64,000 nt of DNA from Convolutriloba macropyga (GCF_964194025.1 NC_134471.1:30318001-30382000); one strand, 5' to 3'; positions 27,559 through 41,449 are shown, counted from the first letter of the stretch. Program-made: numbers and translations. Notes: generated by a model not told the origin, from the letters alone.

Positions 27559-28091
27559 TATTATCTCGGATTTGTTGTCCTTTTCACAATAGACTCCTTT
27601 AAAGTAAGCTTTTCTCCTGAAAATCAATGTTCTGCTGTTGACGCAGCTTTCATTTACAACGTATAGTTCATGCCATTGTCTGTATTAGGTATAGTTTGAA
27701 GAAACGTTATTTGAAAAATTTAAATACGGAGAAAATGGATATTTCCAATACCATTTTTTTAAGAACTATAGATATTTTGTATAATTTCATTGTTTTGGCC
27801 ATGCTTGCTGACTTTTTCATTGTTTCAGATCTTGCTCAAAACTAATTCGTTAATTCCAATTTTGTCGACAATTTGTTAACTATCAAGTAGTTATTTTATC
27901 AAGTAAATATTAACAAAGAGTTTTTTCAATTACATATATCAATGTCTGTGTTCAGTGTCGGAATATGCAGCTTTACGCTCGATGAAAAAATATAGCATAG
28001 CTGGGTTGGAATCTTGTGCGCGGACGCACATGACCGATGCTCCTTTTTAGGCTACAAAAACCACTATCAATATAAAACAGCGCTTGTTTAA

Positions 28092-28976
28092 TCAGAGGGC
28101 CCAAGGAAAACGAAACTTCAAATGCTCAAAAGGGAAAGAAAACAGATCCTTAAGTGACTTCAAGTATGGAATTACTACATCAATGCTGGCAGATTTTTTT
28201 GACAGTATGAGATCGCTAATTTGAAGTTCTTCAAGATTTTGCAACAATGACAAATGAGCGATGTTTAAACTGAAAAGAGAGTCGACTAGCTTCAATAGTT
28301 TTAGGTTTTGAAACCTCGACAGGCAAATCAGATCTTTCGGGGACTTCGGGAGAAACCCAATTTGTGTTACTTTGTGCGGGGCCGGAAAAGAAGTAAAAAT
28401 GTCTGGGTTAAAATGCCTCGCAACATGTGTGAGAAAAATACGCAGATTTTCAGAGGTGAAATAATCGGTCTCTTGCAGCAAAGGATAAAACCATTTAAAA
28501 TAGGAATCAGCTTTTCCGATGACTAAAATTGATAAATGAGTAAAATTGTTTCCAAAAACAGTTGAATTTTCATTAAGAAATGACGATAGTTTTGGCGCTT
28601 GTGAGTTTTGTTCCAATTTTTCGTCTCGTATTTGGACAAACAATTTGGTCAAACGCCAGCAGGATTTTGAGCGGACGAAGCTGAGAAACTTTTCAACATT
28701 TTCGGTCAAGTTCAAGGTATCCACGTTCACTTTGATGCAAAGTCGGTATCTTAAACTGCAGTCCAAGACGAGCGATCGGAAATGTGAACAGGTTGAGGAG
28801 AGTGCCAGAACACTCTTGTAACTCGGGAAAGAGTTATTGACAAAAGAGAACCTGCTGAATTCTCTGTCAACTAAGCTTGAGTCCACTGATAATTGGCAAA
28901 TCGATTGTATTATGTGTAAGGGCAACGAAAAAATAGTTGGACGTTGTTCGCTTGCGTTCAACGATTGGCCGTCCAT
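28092..28976 (-). CDS. F-box-like protein with LRR-like repeats (N-terminal part, possibly truncated or split)
   Basis: 294-aa ORF from an ATG. F-box-like IFSLPLHIIQSIC...VLALSSTCSHFRSLV, followed by LRR-like FQNLKLLKL and LQNLEELQI. Confidence 0.7.
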   Translation of the reverse strand: MDGQSLNASEQRPTIFSLPLHIIQSICQLSVDSSLVDREFSRFSFVNNSFPSYKSVLALSSTCSHFRSLVLDCSLRYRLCIKVNVDTLNLTENVEKFLSFVRSKSCWRLTKLFVQIRDEKLEQNSQAPKLSSFLNENSTVFGNNFTHLSILVIGKADSYFKWFYPLLQETDYFTSENLRIFLTHVARHFNPDIFTSFPAPHKVTQIGFLPKSPKDLICLSRFQNLKLLKLVDSLFSLNIAHLSLLQNLEELQISDLILSKKSASIDVVIPYLKSLKDLFSFPFEHLKFRFPWAL

Positions 28977-29449
28977 TTTTGTTCAACTAACGTTATCAAA
29001 TTACGGTTGCAGAAAACATAAACAACTAAAAAATTGGAGCTGTTTGAGAACACGAAATGCAAATGGAAAACTGGATAAACGTTTCTTGCATAGAGCGTTC
29101 GAGCATAGATTGTAAAGACGAGACTCCAAATAGTATAGTAGTTCGTAAATAAAACGTGCTCAATTTAACTGATGCAGTAGTTAATGTTCTATCTGGTTAG
29201 TTATATGTATGCAATCTTATAAATGTAAAAACCGAAGATTGTACGCAAACCGGAGTGCTTTTTGATACGCTTTGCTCAATTGGTTAGCTGACAAATCCAA
29301 ATAATTAAGGGGAAACGCTGCAGTTGAAGTTTTTTAATCCAAGAAATAAACTTGGACATTTGCTACGAACAAAATAGTATAACAGAATAGTCATCATTCG
29401 TCAATATAAAACTTAACCGTCTTAATGACTTTAAATAGTGCCTAAATAT

Positions 29450-31600
29450 TTAAGATTAATCGAAGGGAGTAGCCTCAGAGGATGACTTGACCTATCACAC
29501 ATTTAAACATCTACTATACAACCGAAGAAGAAATTCATAACTTTTTAGGCGTTCACAGCCAAACAACTCACAACCAGAACCGACCATTTCTCCCACAAAA
29601 CTCCTCTAAAAGAAAGACATCAGTCACATTTTGGCTGAATATTTTTGATTTAGAAGAAAGCAGCTTTTGAAACAAAAGGTTTTCAGAACTTGTGAAGGCA
29701 TCGACGGAGGTCGATACACTTCAAAAACACATTATTCGTTGAGCGCCCAGAAAACCTAAAATATGAGGAGCATATACGCAAGCAGCTATTTCGAGTCCAA
29801 GCCAACATATGCAGGAAGTAGCATCCTAAGAAGAGACCTTTTAAAATTGACCAAAACGTGAAGAGCACCGTTTTTCTGGCTCAGCGAACAAAAAAAGATA
29901 TCATATTGAAAGAATTCTGAACAAAAACTTGACATTGTTGTAATATATGACGGTAGTAGTTCTGAATAAATGTAGTTCTAAAACAGAAGAAATGGGTGAA
30001 CACATCAAATCAGATTTCGGAAAGATGATAAATATTGTTAAAAATAAATTCAGCCAGGAGTTAAAATGTTTTGCGAAGTTCCACCTACATGTAACGTTGG
30101 TGATTCAGAAACTGAGTCAAAAAAACCTGTCACGATTAAGCAGATTGCTAAAAAAATTCGATATGTTGCACTGTACAGCAAATTGCATCATAACTCTCCT
30201 CTTTTTGATGACGTAAATTTTAACATTCAGAAGGTGGTAAAATTTTTCATTATTACTATTATTATACTGAGCTCAATAAAGGCTCACATTAATAAGAAAG
30301 CAAACACGCAAATGACAATACTGAAAGAAAACAGGAACATGGTGCCATATAACCACTGATGCCTTCACATGGTGCCGTAACACAGCCCTACCTATAATGT
30401 TAATGAGCTCAACTATTTTAAAACGGTTATTCAAGCATGATGATCATTATCCATTTTCATCAAAGTTGTTGTCGCAAACAGCCATAAATTACCATCAATG
30501 AAGTGTTTCAAACGCTGAGGATTATTTTGTAAGAGATGAAAGATAAAAGGTGAATGGAGGCGAGGAAACTCAAACAACTTTGATAAGAGACCAGTAGAGA
30601 CAGAAAAGATATATGAGTGGTAGAGCACCTTAGTTTATTGACGAATACTATCAATACACCACCCTAATGTTTCAGAAAAAAGTTCACTTCTCACTGCTCT
30701 CATCGGTTAATTATGATTAACAATTGATTAATGTCGTCAACGAGAAAAAAAATGTGCTCATGGGTGATCTCAAAATCAGTTATTTGAATCCGCCTGAAAA
30801 AAAATAAATTAGATAGCATCCCAACTCTGCAGAATTTAGAAGTATCAATCAATAGTGACGCTACAAAAATAACGAACAACGGTAATGGTTCAATTGATTA
30901 CTGTATTGGAGACTCGTTTATAAACATAATTTATTGTTTCAGTGGCTATTCTTGCTTCAAAACCGATTACCTTGTAAATGAATTGTTGTTCTAGCCCAAA
31001 ACAAATGTTCGAACAAGATGTTTCGAACTTATCAACGGTACAACATAAAAGTGCCCCAATCAAGAGCCCCATTCATAAAATTTCCAACAAAAATCCATTA
31101 AGGTACGTTGCAGACAAACTCCTTCGAAATATAATTCATGGAAGGAAAACTGAACAAGAGAAGGAGCAAACTACTAATAACGTTCGGCACTCAGGGAATT
31201 CCAGATGCTCACTAAATGCTCTGAGAAAAAGTATTGACGAAACAGTCAGAACTATTGCCAGTATAAAATTATATGCCTCAGCTTGATGCAGTTCTTTGAA
31301 CCATACTGTAATAGTTTTAAGTCTTTTTCGCTTCGATTTATAACCACTTCTGAGTCCATAACTGTTTGAAAATCCTGAACTGCTCGAAAAACCCAGGACG
31401 TAGCTGCATACCAGTCCGGCAACTGATGGTAGACATAACTCAACTCTATGAGCCATTGAAGTTTTAAGGAACAGACTTGTTTACAAAAATGGTCCCACGA
31501 CGATTTAAAATGCAGTTGCTACATCTTTCGACAAAAAAGAAACCCAGAAGATATAGAAAAACTTAATAACGTACCTGTAAATACGGGCATATAAAACTCA
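29450..31600 (+). mobile_element. Highly decayed APE-type LINE remnant (possible ORF1 plus endonuclease region)
   Basis: Fragments NVLMGDLKISYL (about 30751, GDFN-like) and TKITNNGNGSIDY (about 30863, TR...S.IDY-like), followed by a typical linker region. No intact frame. Confidence 0.4.
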
Positions 31601-33380
31601 TAAACAATGAAAGATTGTCTCAATATCCCAGCTTGCTAATTGAGTCCTTTTCTATAAATCGTCTTTCCTTAGCTTTATTGATACGAAACGGTGGCTCGTA
31701 CCTGATTCGGGAACCTGGTTCAATTTCTTAACTAAAATTCATCTTATTGAAGAACTAACGGGCCTGCTGATTAAGATTTCTACTTAATAATCCCAATAAT
31801 TAAGTGTTTCCAGTGGATTTTGTCTCTCCATAAAACGAACGCGGCCAATTTCGACCAAAAATTGACATTTTAGAAGACAATTTTTAAACATTTTTAAACT
31901 CAATTTTATATTCCAAGCCTTGTTTAAGACTTAGGAATTATAAGTGATTTCATTCACATTAAGAAAAAACAAACGTTCTTATTTATATGTTCTCAAGTTA
32001 CAGCCACATAAGAAATCTATCAAAATGAATATTTTATGGAAAGCAAAGTGATTGATTAGATCTAATTCTCGGTGACTAACAAATAATTAATCAGAGAATC
32101 GACAGCTAGCGCAATTTAAAATAGCACGAAAGAAAATCAGTTCTCTTTTTAAAAATTAGTACTCATCTTCGGAAGCAAACAAACCTTAGCCCTCCCCCCC
32201 CCCCGTTAGTCCTTGACCAAAACCAAGTGAATCTTAGGGTATCATTGCATCTCTGAGACATTTACCAATCAGCTTTTCAGTGCTTGAACAACTTTTAGGA
32301 GTTCAGTTCAATGAAAGGTGTTCACAAACTCAGAGCCAGAATCGACTATTCCGGCGGCAAAACTTGGCGACAGACATTTTAATAAAATCTGTTTGGTTGC
32401 AAATTTTTGGACTTCAACTTTTCAAAAACGCGGCAATAGGCAATTTTGAAACTTTTAAGGTCCTAGAAGTAGTCAACTGAGAAAATCGGTCGCAGGGGCG
32501 TGAGATCACTAGCTTAGAAAGAACTGCAGGTAGAGCCAAAGAATAGAGAAAGTTTTTCGATCAAGCGCAGGTAAATTAGGCAAACAATGGTTCTTTTTGC
32601 TATAAATTACATAAATTGTCAAACGTAAACTTAGTACAATTTACCACCAAAAATTCGTTATTTTCGAAAACCTGAATTTTTTGTTGTTTCGAGGGATTCA
32701 TTCTTCTTTTCGGGTCTTCTTCTAAGAAAATGGGTACAGGCAACGGACGCCACTCTAAGCTTCAGGCAAATGTACCTATATAAACAATCTTAATACTAAA
32801 ATTCAACACATTCATCAGAGTCATATTCAAAGTCTAGCAGAATCATTTTCCATCCAAACAAATTATTGCATTAAAAGTAACAATTAAAAAACGTTATCAT
32901 TTTTCACGGCTCTCTTGTTTCACTGTGATCTCAAGTTTCAACCACTTGAACTAATTCAAGTTGGAGATTCTGCAAAAACGGATAGCTAGACGGCAATCAT
33001 ACCTATCAACCATAACTGACTAACGTCGGGATAATTGCTCTCAGACGACTGGTGAGCGGTTGGCATCGTCAGCAGCTGGCGGCGGTTTAGGGAGGCTAGC
33101 TGTAGCGGGCGGAGGGTGTGGTAAGCATGAGTGAGGAGAGAGGTGTGGTGAGCCAATGTGCGGTGTTACGGGTGAAATGAGGTAGAGTGGGGGTAGGAAG
33201 TGGGTACAAAAGGGGAAGGGGCTTGAAAGGGGAGGAGCCAAACTCTTAACAACGGCCCTTCACAATGAATTCTTCATTTTTAAACTACTTCAGTGAATCG
33301 GATACTAAGATCCTAATGGACGATAAGGCTCTAAGAGCCCTTAATGGCCTCCGGGCGTTACCTGTTTATCCCGTGTTTGA

Positions 33381-36300
33381 GGACCAAAAGTCAAAAGGGA
33401 TAGAAGAAAAATTGATCAGGCGAAAAATACCAGAGGCCTCAAATAATTGCTATAAACTTGGTTTGCGAGTAATTAATTTGTTATTATTAATACTCACGTA
33501 CAACAACTTAGTCAAAAAAGGCCAACTGAAGTCAGACAAATTGCTCTCAGAGCTCGACTGTAGACTAAATAATTTTTATGGTTGCAAAGAAATTCAGCCA
33601 AAGGAGGGGTTTGAACCCTCGATCTCCATCTTAACAAACTTCGACATTAAGCTTTCGGCGTGTTGGAGCTGACTTTTAAATCGTTTTTTATTTTAGCAAC
33701 AGATTTAATTTCTGAATAATGGCAATTCAGATTAAGCCAAAATCAAGAAGTCAAGCGTCAAAACGCCACTCAAGAAGAGTAATCGAAAGAACGTTCTTGA
33801 ACAAAATGGTCAAGCGGATGTTTTCAACCAACGAACGTCTACATTAATTGCTTCAAACTTCGTTCGAGAGCAATTAAGCACGTTCAGCGCACTTTCATTC
33901 ATATATGAAAAAGGAGAACCAGTAATGTGCATCCGCACGAAAAAAAATTACCAAAAGTACGAAAAAAATCCAAACCGTCAGATGCCAATCAATTTATCGA
34001 AACTTAAAAACAGAAAGTCTGCTTTTTGCCACCATGTGCTCACGCTTGCTTGAGCAAATTATTTTTTGCCAAAAGAGTCAGAATAAGTCAAGACTACTAT
34101 CTAAGTGTACGGATAACCGAAGCTGCCAACTAAACAGAAGAGGGCCTAACTCACCAACAAGGCCTGAATACTTGGCAATTTTTTTTGCAAATGTCTCTTC
34201 AAGAATCGTTAGATTTACTCAATAAAAAACCAGGGTAGAATAACATTCCTAATCTTTCAATTCATCAAGAGTTGTGACAATTTTCAAATATGCTCCCATA
34301 AATCAAAATACTCGTTGAGAACCAGTACTCGAGCAAAATTATCGGTATAGGTATATTCCTTTCTTTTGATTGGTCTAAACGAAGAAAAAAATTTTGCACA
34401 GTAATGCTGCTCTAAATGGCTGGTATTTCACAATTTTGTCCCAAAAATTGCTTCCAGGTTATCCTACAGCTTAAAAACGCAAATGACATATTTTTTACAT
34501 GCAGAAAAGCCTGCTTGCTCTCATCATTCTTGATTTAGTTTATTTTGCTTATTTTATTTAGCTTATAATTGCTCAAGAACCATCGATAATACCAGCAGTT
34601 CCTCACAGTTTTATCAATCCAGAACACGATGGGCATTTCAGTATTTTCCGGTTACGTTACTAGTGTTAACAATAATACAATAGAGTTGGGCAAACGAGTT
34701 TTAAGAATAAAATGCTCTCCTCGATTAGGAATACTTAAAAATGGTTTCAATGGGAAAGTCGTTCCTGTACAAGAAATTCGTAGAGCAGCAGAGTACAAAA
34801 CTCAAGCAATTAAAATTGACAAGCAACAAACCCTTTTGATTCTCAATACAGTGCGCTCAGCAAAGCGTTCCAAATTCAATCACCTGTTTTACAGATAACC
34901 TCGGACGCTTTAACTTCAAACTGAATCATCAGTAGTCTTTAACGACGCTATTTAAAAACTTTCAAGGTTTCTAAAAATTTAAATTATTCTATGAATACAT
35001 GTTCAACTGAACTTCAAGTACAAATATTCTCCTTTCATCCAATTTCAATTGATGAATACCATTTTAAGAATGCTAGAAGTCCACTTAGCATTCAGTGAAA
35101 GATTCAGTGCCTCAGTGGATGAAACAAGATCCGAGAGCAACTCAGGTCGGTATGAAGGGGATTGCCTGATTCTAGTTGCGAGCAGATATTAGTCTGATTA
35201 AATTATTAACCAAAACTTCCATCAAAAGGACCAAAAGTCAAAAGGGATAGAAGAAAAATTGATCAGGCGAAAAATACCAGAGGCCTCAAATAATTGCTAC
35301 AAACTTGGTTTGCGAGTAATTAATTTGTTATTATTAATACTCACGTACAACAACTTAGTCAAAAAAGGCCAACTGAAGTCAGACAAATTGCTCTCAGAGC
35401 TCGACTGTAGACTAAATAATTTTTATGGTTGCAAAGAAATTCAGCCAAAGGAGGGGTTTGAACCCTCGATCTCCATCTTAACAAACTTCGACATTAAGCT
35501 TTCGGCGTGTTGGAGCTGACTTTTAAATCGTTTTTTATTTTAGCAACAGATTTAATTTCTGAATAATGGCAATTCAGATGAAGCCAAAATCAAGAAGTCA
35601 AGCGTCAAAACGCCACTCAAGAAGAGTAATCGAAAGAACGTTCTTGAACAAAATGGTCAAGCGGATGTTTTCAACCAACGAACGTCTACATTAATTGCTT
35701 CAAACTTCGTTCGAGAGCAATTAAGCACGTTCAGCGCACTTTCATTCATTTATGAAAAAGGAGAACCAGTAATGTGCATCCGCACGAAAAAAAATTACCA
35801 AAAGTACGAAAAAAATCCAAACCGTCAGATGCCAATCAATTTATCGAAACTTAAAAACAGAAAGTCTGCTTTTTGCCACCATGTGCTCACGCTTGCTTGA
35901 GCAAATTATTTTTTGCCAAAAGAGTCAGAATAAGTCAAGACTACTATCTAAGTGTACGGATAACCGAAGCTGCCAACTAAACAGAAGAGGGCCTAACTCA
36001 CCAACAAGGCCTGAATACTTGGCAATTTTTTTTGCAAATGTCTCTTCAAGAATCGTTAGATTTACTCAATAAAAAACCAGGGTAGAATAACATTCCTAAT
36101 CTTTCAATTCATCAAGGGTTGTGACAATTTTCAAATATGCTCCCATAAATCAAAATACTCGTTGAGAACCAGTACTCGAGCAAAATTATCGGTATAGGTA
36201 TATTCCTTTCTTTTGATTGGTCTAAACGAAGAAAAAAATTTTGCACAGTAATGCTGCTCTAAATGGCTGGTATTTCACAATTTTGTCCCAAAAATTGCTT

Positions 36301-37074
36301 CCAGGTTATCCTACAGCTTAAAAATGCAAATGACATATTTTTTACATGCAGAAAAGCCTGCTTGCTCTCATCATTCTTGATTTAGTTTATTTTGCTTATT
36401 TTATTTAGCTTATAATTGCTCAAGAACCATCGATAATACCAGCAGTTCCTCACAGTTTTATCAATCCAGAACACGATGGGCATTTCAGTATTTTCCGGTT
36501 ACGTTACTAGTGTTAACAATAATACAATAGAGTTGGGCAAACGAGTTTTAAGAATAAAATGCTCTCCTCGATTAGGAATACTTAAAAATGGTTTCAATGG
36601 GAAAGTCGTTCCTGTACAAGAAATTCGTAGAGCAGCAGAGTACAAAACTCAAGCAATTAAAATTGACAAGCAACAAACCCTTTTGATTCTCAATACAGTG
36701 CGCTCAGCAAAGCGTTCCAAATTCAATCACCTGTTTTACAGATAACCTCGGACGCTTTAACTTCAAACTGAATCATCAGTAGTCTTTAACGACGCTATTT
36801 AAAAACTTTCAAGGTTTCTAAAAATTTAAATTATTCTATGAATACATGTTCAACTGAACTTCAAGTACAAATATTCTCCTTTCATCCAATTTCAATTGAT
36901 GAATACCATTTTAAGAATGCTAGAAGTCCACTTAGCATTCAGTGAAAGATTCAGTGCCTCAGTGGATGAAACAAGATCCGAGAGCAACTCAGGTCGGTAT
37001 GAAGGGGATTGCCTGATTCTAGTTGCGAGCAGATATTAGTCTGATTAAATTATTAACCAAAACTTCCATCAAAA
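33381..37074 (+). repeat. Head-to-tail tandem duplication, 2 x 1847 bp (33381-35227 and 35228-37074)
   Basis: Identical short ORFs are offset by 1847 (34034/35881 and 34629/36476). I could see only five substitutions between the copies. Confidence 0.97.
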
Positions 37075-38577
37075 TGGAGCCTTCAAACACATTTTTAAAA
37101 GCTATCTAAATAGTTTTTACAGTGCCATATTTAGCAGACTATTTAAACTTGTATCTTATAAGAATTGCAGAAAATCTATTTGCATAATGTTCAGTTAATG
37201 AAAGATCTAACACAAACTGGTGTTGCCAATACTTAAAACAAATTTCTTTTAACTATTAATGATTTTTTTGACAGAATAAATTTTTGTGTGAGTTCGTGAT
37301 CGCCGATCCACCAGGGGATTAGCCGCCATCCAAAAATGAGAATTAAAGCCTGCAAATCCACCGCATACCATTTCGAATGAGTGGATGAACTTCGATTTTT
37401 TTTATCAATCACATTTGTCGAACAATCAGAATTAAGCTGTCGGCTAAATTTTTCTTGTCGGCTAAACGCCTAGTCGGTCAATATTCCTAAACGCGTAGAT
37501 TAGTGCAATCCCCTTCATGCAGTGAATGCACCTGTGACAGCTGCCTACTAACACATCAGCATGAGACGACTGAATAGAAATTAGAACGAGTAATATCAAA
37601 TGCAAATGATAATATCATAACAAAGAACATCCAATCAACATGATCAGAATTGACATTGATAGCAGCAACTCAACTGCCCACTCAAACCCATAATCAGTTC
37701 GCGCATATTTTCAAGGGTATGTTTAAAAACCGAGGCACATTTAAGCCCGTATTAAGAAATTGAATCGTAAAAATATGCTTAATTTTGTTTATAACATACT
37801 AGCCTTTTCTTAAAATAATCATCAGCAAAATTGCCTTTTGGTTTTTATCGATTCCAAAGTCCCTGTTCACTTACTTATTTTACATAGTTACCAAGTCAAA
37901 GGAGATCCTGTACCTCTAGTAGAACTTAGTTCTGAAAGATCATTCGATTTAATACCATAAAAACACAAGCTCTGAAGGAGGATTACGAAAAACCATTCTT
38001 AAAGGAAGTCCTTCAAATTTTAAGATGCTTTCGAGATTGAACCGATCAGCAATTGAGCTTCACAGGACTGATGTTCAGCTTGAATAGGCGTGTAATACTT
38101 GACAGAAAAGAGCAAGATTAAATCAGTCAGTTTTTGGATTTGTTGTCTGCACTGATGGAGATTAAGTAATTCGAAGAGCGTTGGATTGGTCGGCGGTCGG
38201 ACGGCGTGTAAATTGCTTTACGCTGAGAATCAAATCTCGTCACCTACAATTCGTTCTGTGTCGCTCCGGGTGATTATTGTTGATGTTGTTTGTCAGCCGC
38301 AATTTGGATGGTTGCATCGATGTAGGTCTTCATTCTCTGTGGCTTGATAACTTATACATTGAAAATCACTTCTTTCACACTAGAAAAGGACATACTTTGA
38401 TGCTGTTGGTGTCGGGCACCGTAGATTACCTGGCGACAATTTCTATCGGTTAGGGCCTGGGAGTTCTGTACTGGTTATTATTATTTGAGGGCATGGGAGA
38501 AGGAGAATTGGGTTGAGTACTACTACCACTACTAATACGGGTTGCTCTGTTCATTGTTTGTTTGTTTACATCTAGTA

Positions 38578-40293
38578 CTAGCACATGGAGATGGTGACGT
38601 TGATGCCGAGGTTGCCATTTTCGGCGAACAGATTGGCCATGTTTGTGTCGAACACTAGGCAGTCGCTGTTGTGAATGGCCGATTGTACGCCTTCGTGGAT
38701 GGAACGGGGAGTCGCCTCCCACGCCAGACGCCGCCTGTTTCCATTCAGCTCCAACCTAAACATTGCAATTTAAAGTAACGCCAAATGGTATTAGATTAGT
38801 ATAAATTGTAACACGAAATGCATACTCGCCTCTCGACTGAAACCATTAACTTCCCGAAATATGAATTCAGTTCTTACAGCCAGTTCTTCCATCGGAAATC
38901 TTGTTTTTCGGTAATCATTTCAAGCAACGATTAAATCATTTGAAATTCGGGAACTTAAACCTACTGGTTTTATGTTCCTCTGTTCAATTATTTCTTATCA
39001 ATGGTTTTTCACAAAAATTTATGGTTCTCAGTTGATGGCGTTCGCAATCATCAACTTATGACAGGTTTCGAGTGAACACACCTGTAAGCAAAGCTTTCAG
39101 CCTGCTTCCGTGAGCCGATGAGTTGGACGATTGCGTAGAACTGCTGGATTCCATCGAACTTGTCCTGCTTCTCCAGAACAAGCATGAAGTGGTGTCCGAA
39201 ACAGCTCTGCATCATCACCCAGTCCACTGCACCAGGAAGATTGATGTCTGTCGCCAAGAACACTATGTCTTCGCCTAAATACAATTAACCAGCTCTTAAC
39301 TTAGATAACAAAATTGCTTGATCTGTATTGTTTTAGACCAACAGCCCAATGAGACAAATTTGCAGTATCGCTCTAGTATGTTTATAGTTATGTTGCTGTA
39401 GCTGCAAATCAGAAACGCAAATTTTTGCTTCTTTTTGCCGACTTTAACCCCGCGCCTAAACGCTTTCTCAAAAGTGGAATTATAGAACTGTCAGCCTTTT
39501 TATTGCTTTTCAATGGCGTCTAAAATGCTCCTGATTATAGAGACGGCTCGTATGATAATATTAATAGGAATTACCTTGTAGGGTAGTTATGGATTTGTGA
39601 GCTTGTGTGAGATGTGGCATGACTTGGTCTAGAGATCCCTGCCACTTGCAAGAGGCGCCTGGACAAGGACAAGAGTAGGGCCGGAACTCACACGTTTCCT
39701 CGTGCTCGCTCTTCTCTGTGTGCAGCAGTGTCACTGAGCAGCCGACCCCGTTGTACTTACAGGGAAACATTACCGTATTTGCTACCTTTTCCATCGCCAG
39801 GTTTCTTATTGATCCCAGAGGACCTCTGCACGTGGGACAACACTGCAACTTTGGCCGACATGTACTGCATACTAAGTGACCACTTTGGCATTGCAAGATT
39901 GGAGGTAGGACGTAATCGAAACAGACCGGACACTCAAACAGCTGGGCTAGGTCTGGATTAGGGTTGCTCAGAGATGACCCGGGCTGTAGAGACGTTGGAG
40001 GTACGGGAATACCTGATGAATCACGTTGCATTGATCCACTAGGAAACGGCATCACTAAAATATAAATTCACAATAAGAAAAATATGAAGTAAAATATCTC
40101 GAGCCTCGGTGTTGAATCCTACAAATTTGTTCGAGTCATTAAAAATTTATCCCTCAATTGGAATCTGAAAACGATTTGCTAACACTGGATGCGTGACGGC
40201 TTCAAACAAGTCTTACTCACCCTGTGATACATTTTGAATAGGTTTCGGACCCCTCATTGGATTGTTCGAAAGCGGACCAAGTTTCTGATCCAT
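38578..40293 (-). CDS. SIAH1: E3 ubiquitin-protein ligase SIAH/Seven in absentia, 4 coding exons, 307 aa
   Basis: complement(join(38578..38755,39082..39274,39575..40054,40221..40293)) = 924 nt; all introns are GT-AG and in phase. RING ([52 protein letters not shown]), two zinc fingers, and the substrate-binding domain ending [11 protein letters not shown]. An acceptor at 40302-40303 implies a further non-coding upstream exon. The symbol denotes the sina/SIAH family. Confidence 0.97.
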
Positions 40294-41449
40294 TTACGAT
40301 TCTGAAAGATAACATTTCAAAATGCTTAAGATTTTTTCGACAAAAACAAGCAAAACTACCCAGCATAGCTGAGCCGGATCCTGGGCATAATAAACCAAAC
40401 AAAACATAGATATTTCATGACTCTTAAGCCGCATAATATGGCTAAATAGTTGAGCAGATGCTCCTCAGAACAACGGGGAAAACTTCCAATAAAAAACCTC
40501 GTCCATTGGAAGGGCAGTCGGTCGACTCGGGGGTGGCGAGTCAGCACCTATATGCACAGATAAACTCTGACAGTAGTCGTCTGGACAGTTACAAAAACAG
40601 AATCGGTCAAAGAAATTGATACAATTCTAAGACTGGTACAAAATCCTTTCTTCTAATAATGCGGTTGCAGCATTTCCTGTCCTCAGCCCTTAAGCATAAA
40701 ACTAAATTTCAGAGTAACGCGAATGACATTTTGGTGCTCATGAAATTTAAAAAGTCGTCGTATGATTCTCATGTTCCCTGTTGATATTCTCTGCACGACC
40801 GTTTGTGAACCTCATCACTGCAAATTCGGTACCTCCTGTGCATGCAAACAAGCGGATTGAAGCTGCTGCTCTCGATTTTGGATCTATCCCCCCCCCAGCT
40901 TAGTAGGAATATATGTTTTATGACCCCCAGGCGCACGTGCATTATTTTTACATAGTAACGTGCTATATAACAACACATAATTTGTAACTGGGGTCATAAA
41001 AAACACGGGTGGGGCGAAACAAAATTGATCTTTTCGTATTTCAAATATTTTACTGATTAATGGAAAATGTCGGAATCAGCTATTCTCTTGTGACAAGAGG
41101 AAAACGTGAGATCCTGGCATAGAAGTAAGTTCCACTTAGATTCATTAAGTCCAATTGTCTTGATATCTAGAGGATATGTACAAACTTCCTGCCAGAATTG
41201 TGCCTGATGTGAGTGCATACCACAGAGCAGAGTGCGTAAGTAAGATGCGGTACTGTCTACAGCTCATTATCATTGGCTTAGGTGTTCCTTAATTTTTTCA
41301 AAATATTAAATTAAGAAATGCCCCTCCCTGACACTGGGTGCATATTGGCTTGTCCGGGGCTCTCCCAGCACGTCTTCATAAAGCATCTCGTATTGTTCAA
41401 ATCAACAAATAAAATGATAATACTATACACAAACAGTTGAGAAAAATGT

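Noticed and set aside
33041-33241. Proline-rich 66-aa ORF
   Set aside because: Product of a G/C-skewed low-complexity tract, with no splice or homology support.
33265-36745. Duplicated short ORFs (135, 86, 63 and 89 aa) as genes
   Set aside because: No recognisable domain or exon chain; they recur only because of the tandem duplication.
38450-39961. ORFs 38450-38722 (-) and 39728-39961 (+)
   Set aside because: Alternative-frame or antisense shadows of SIAH exons.
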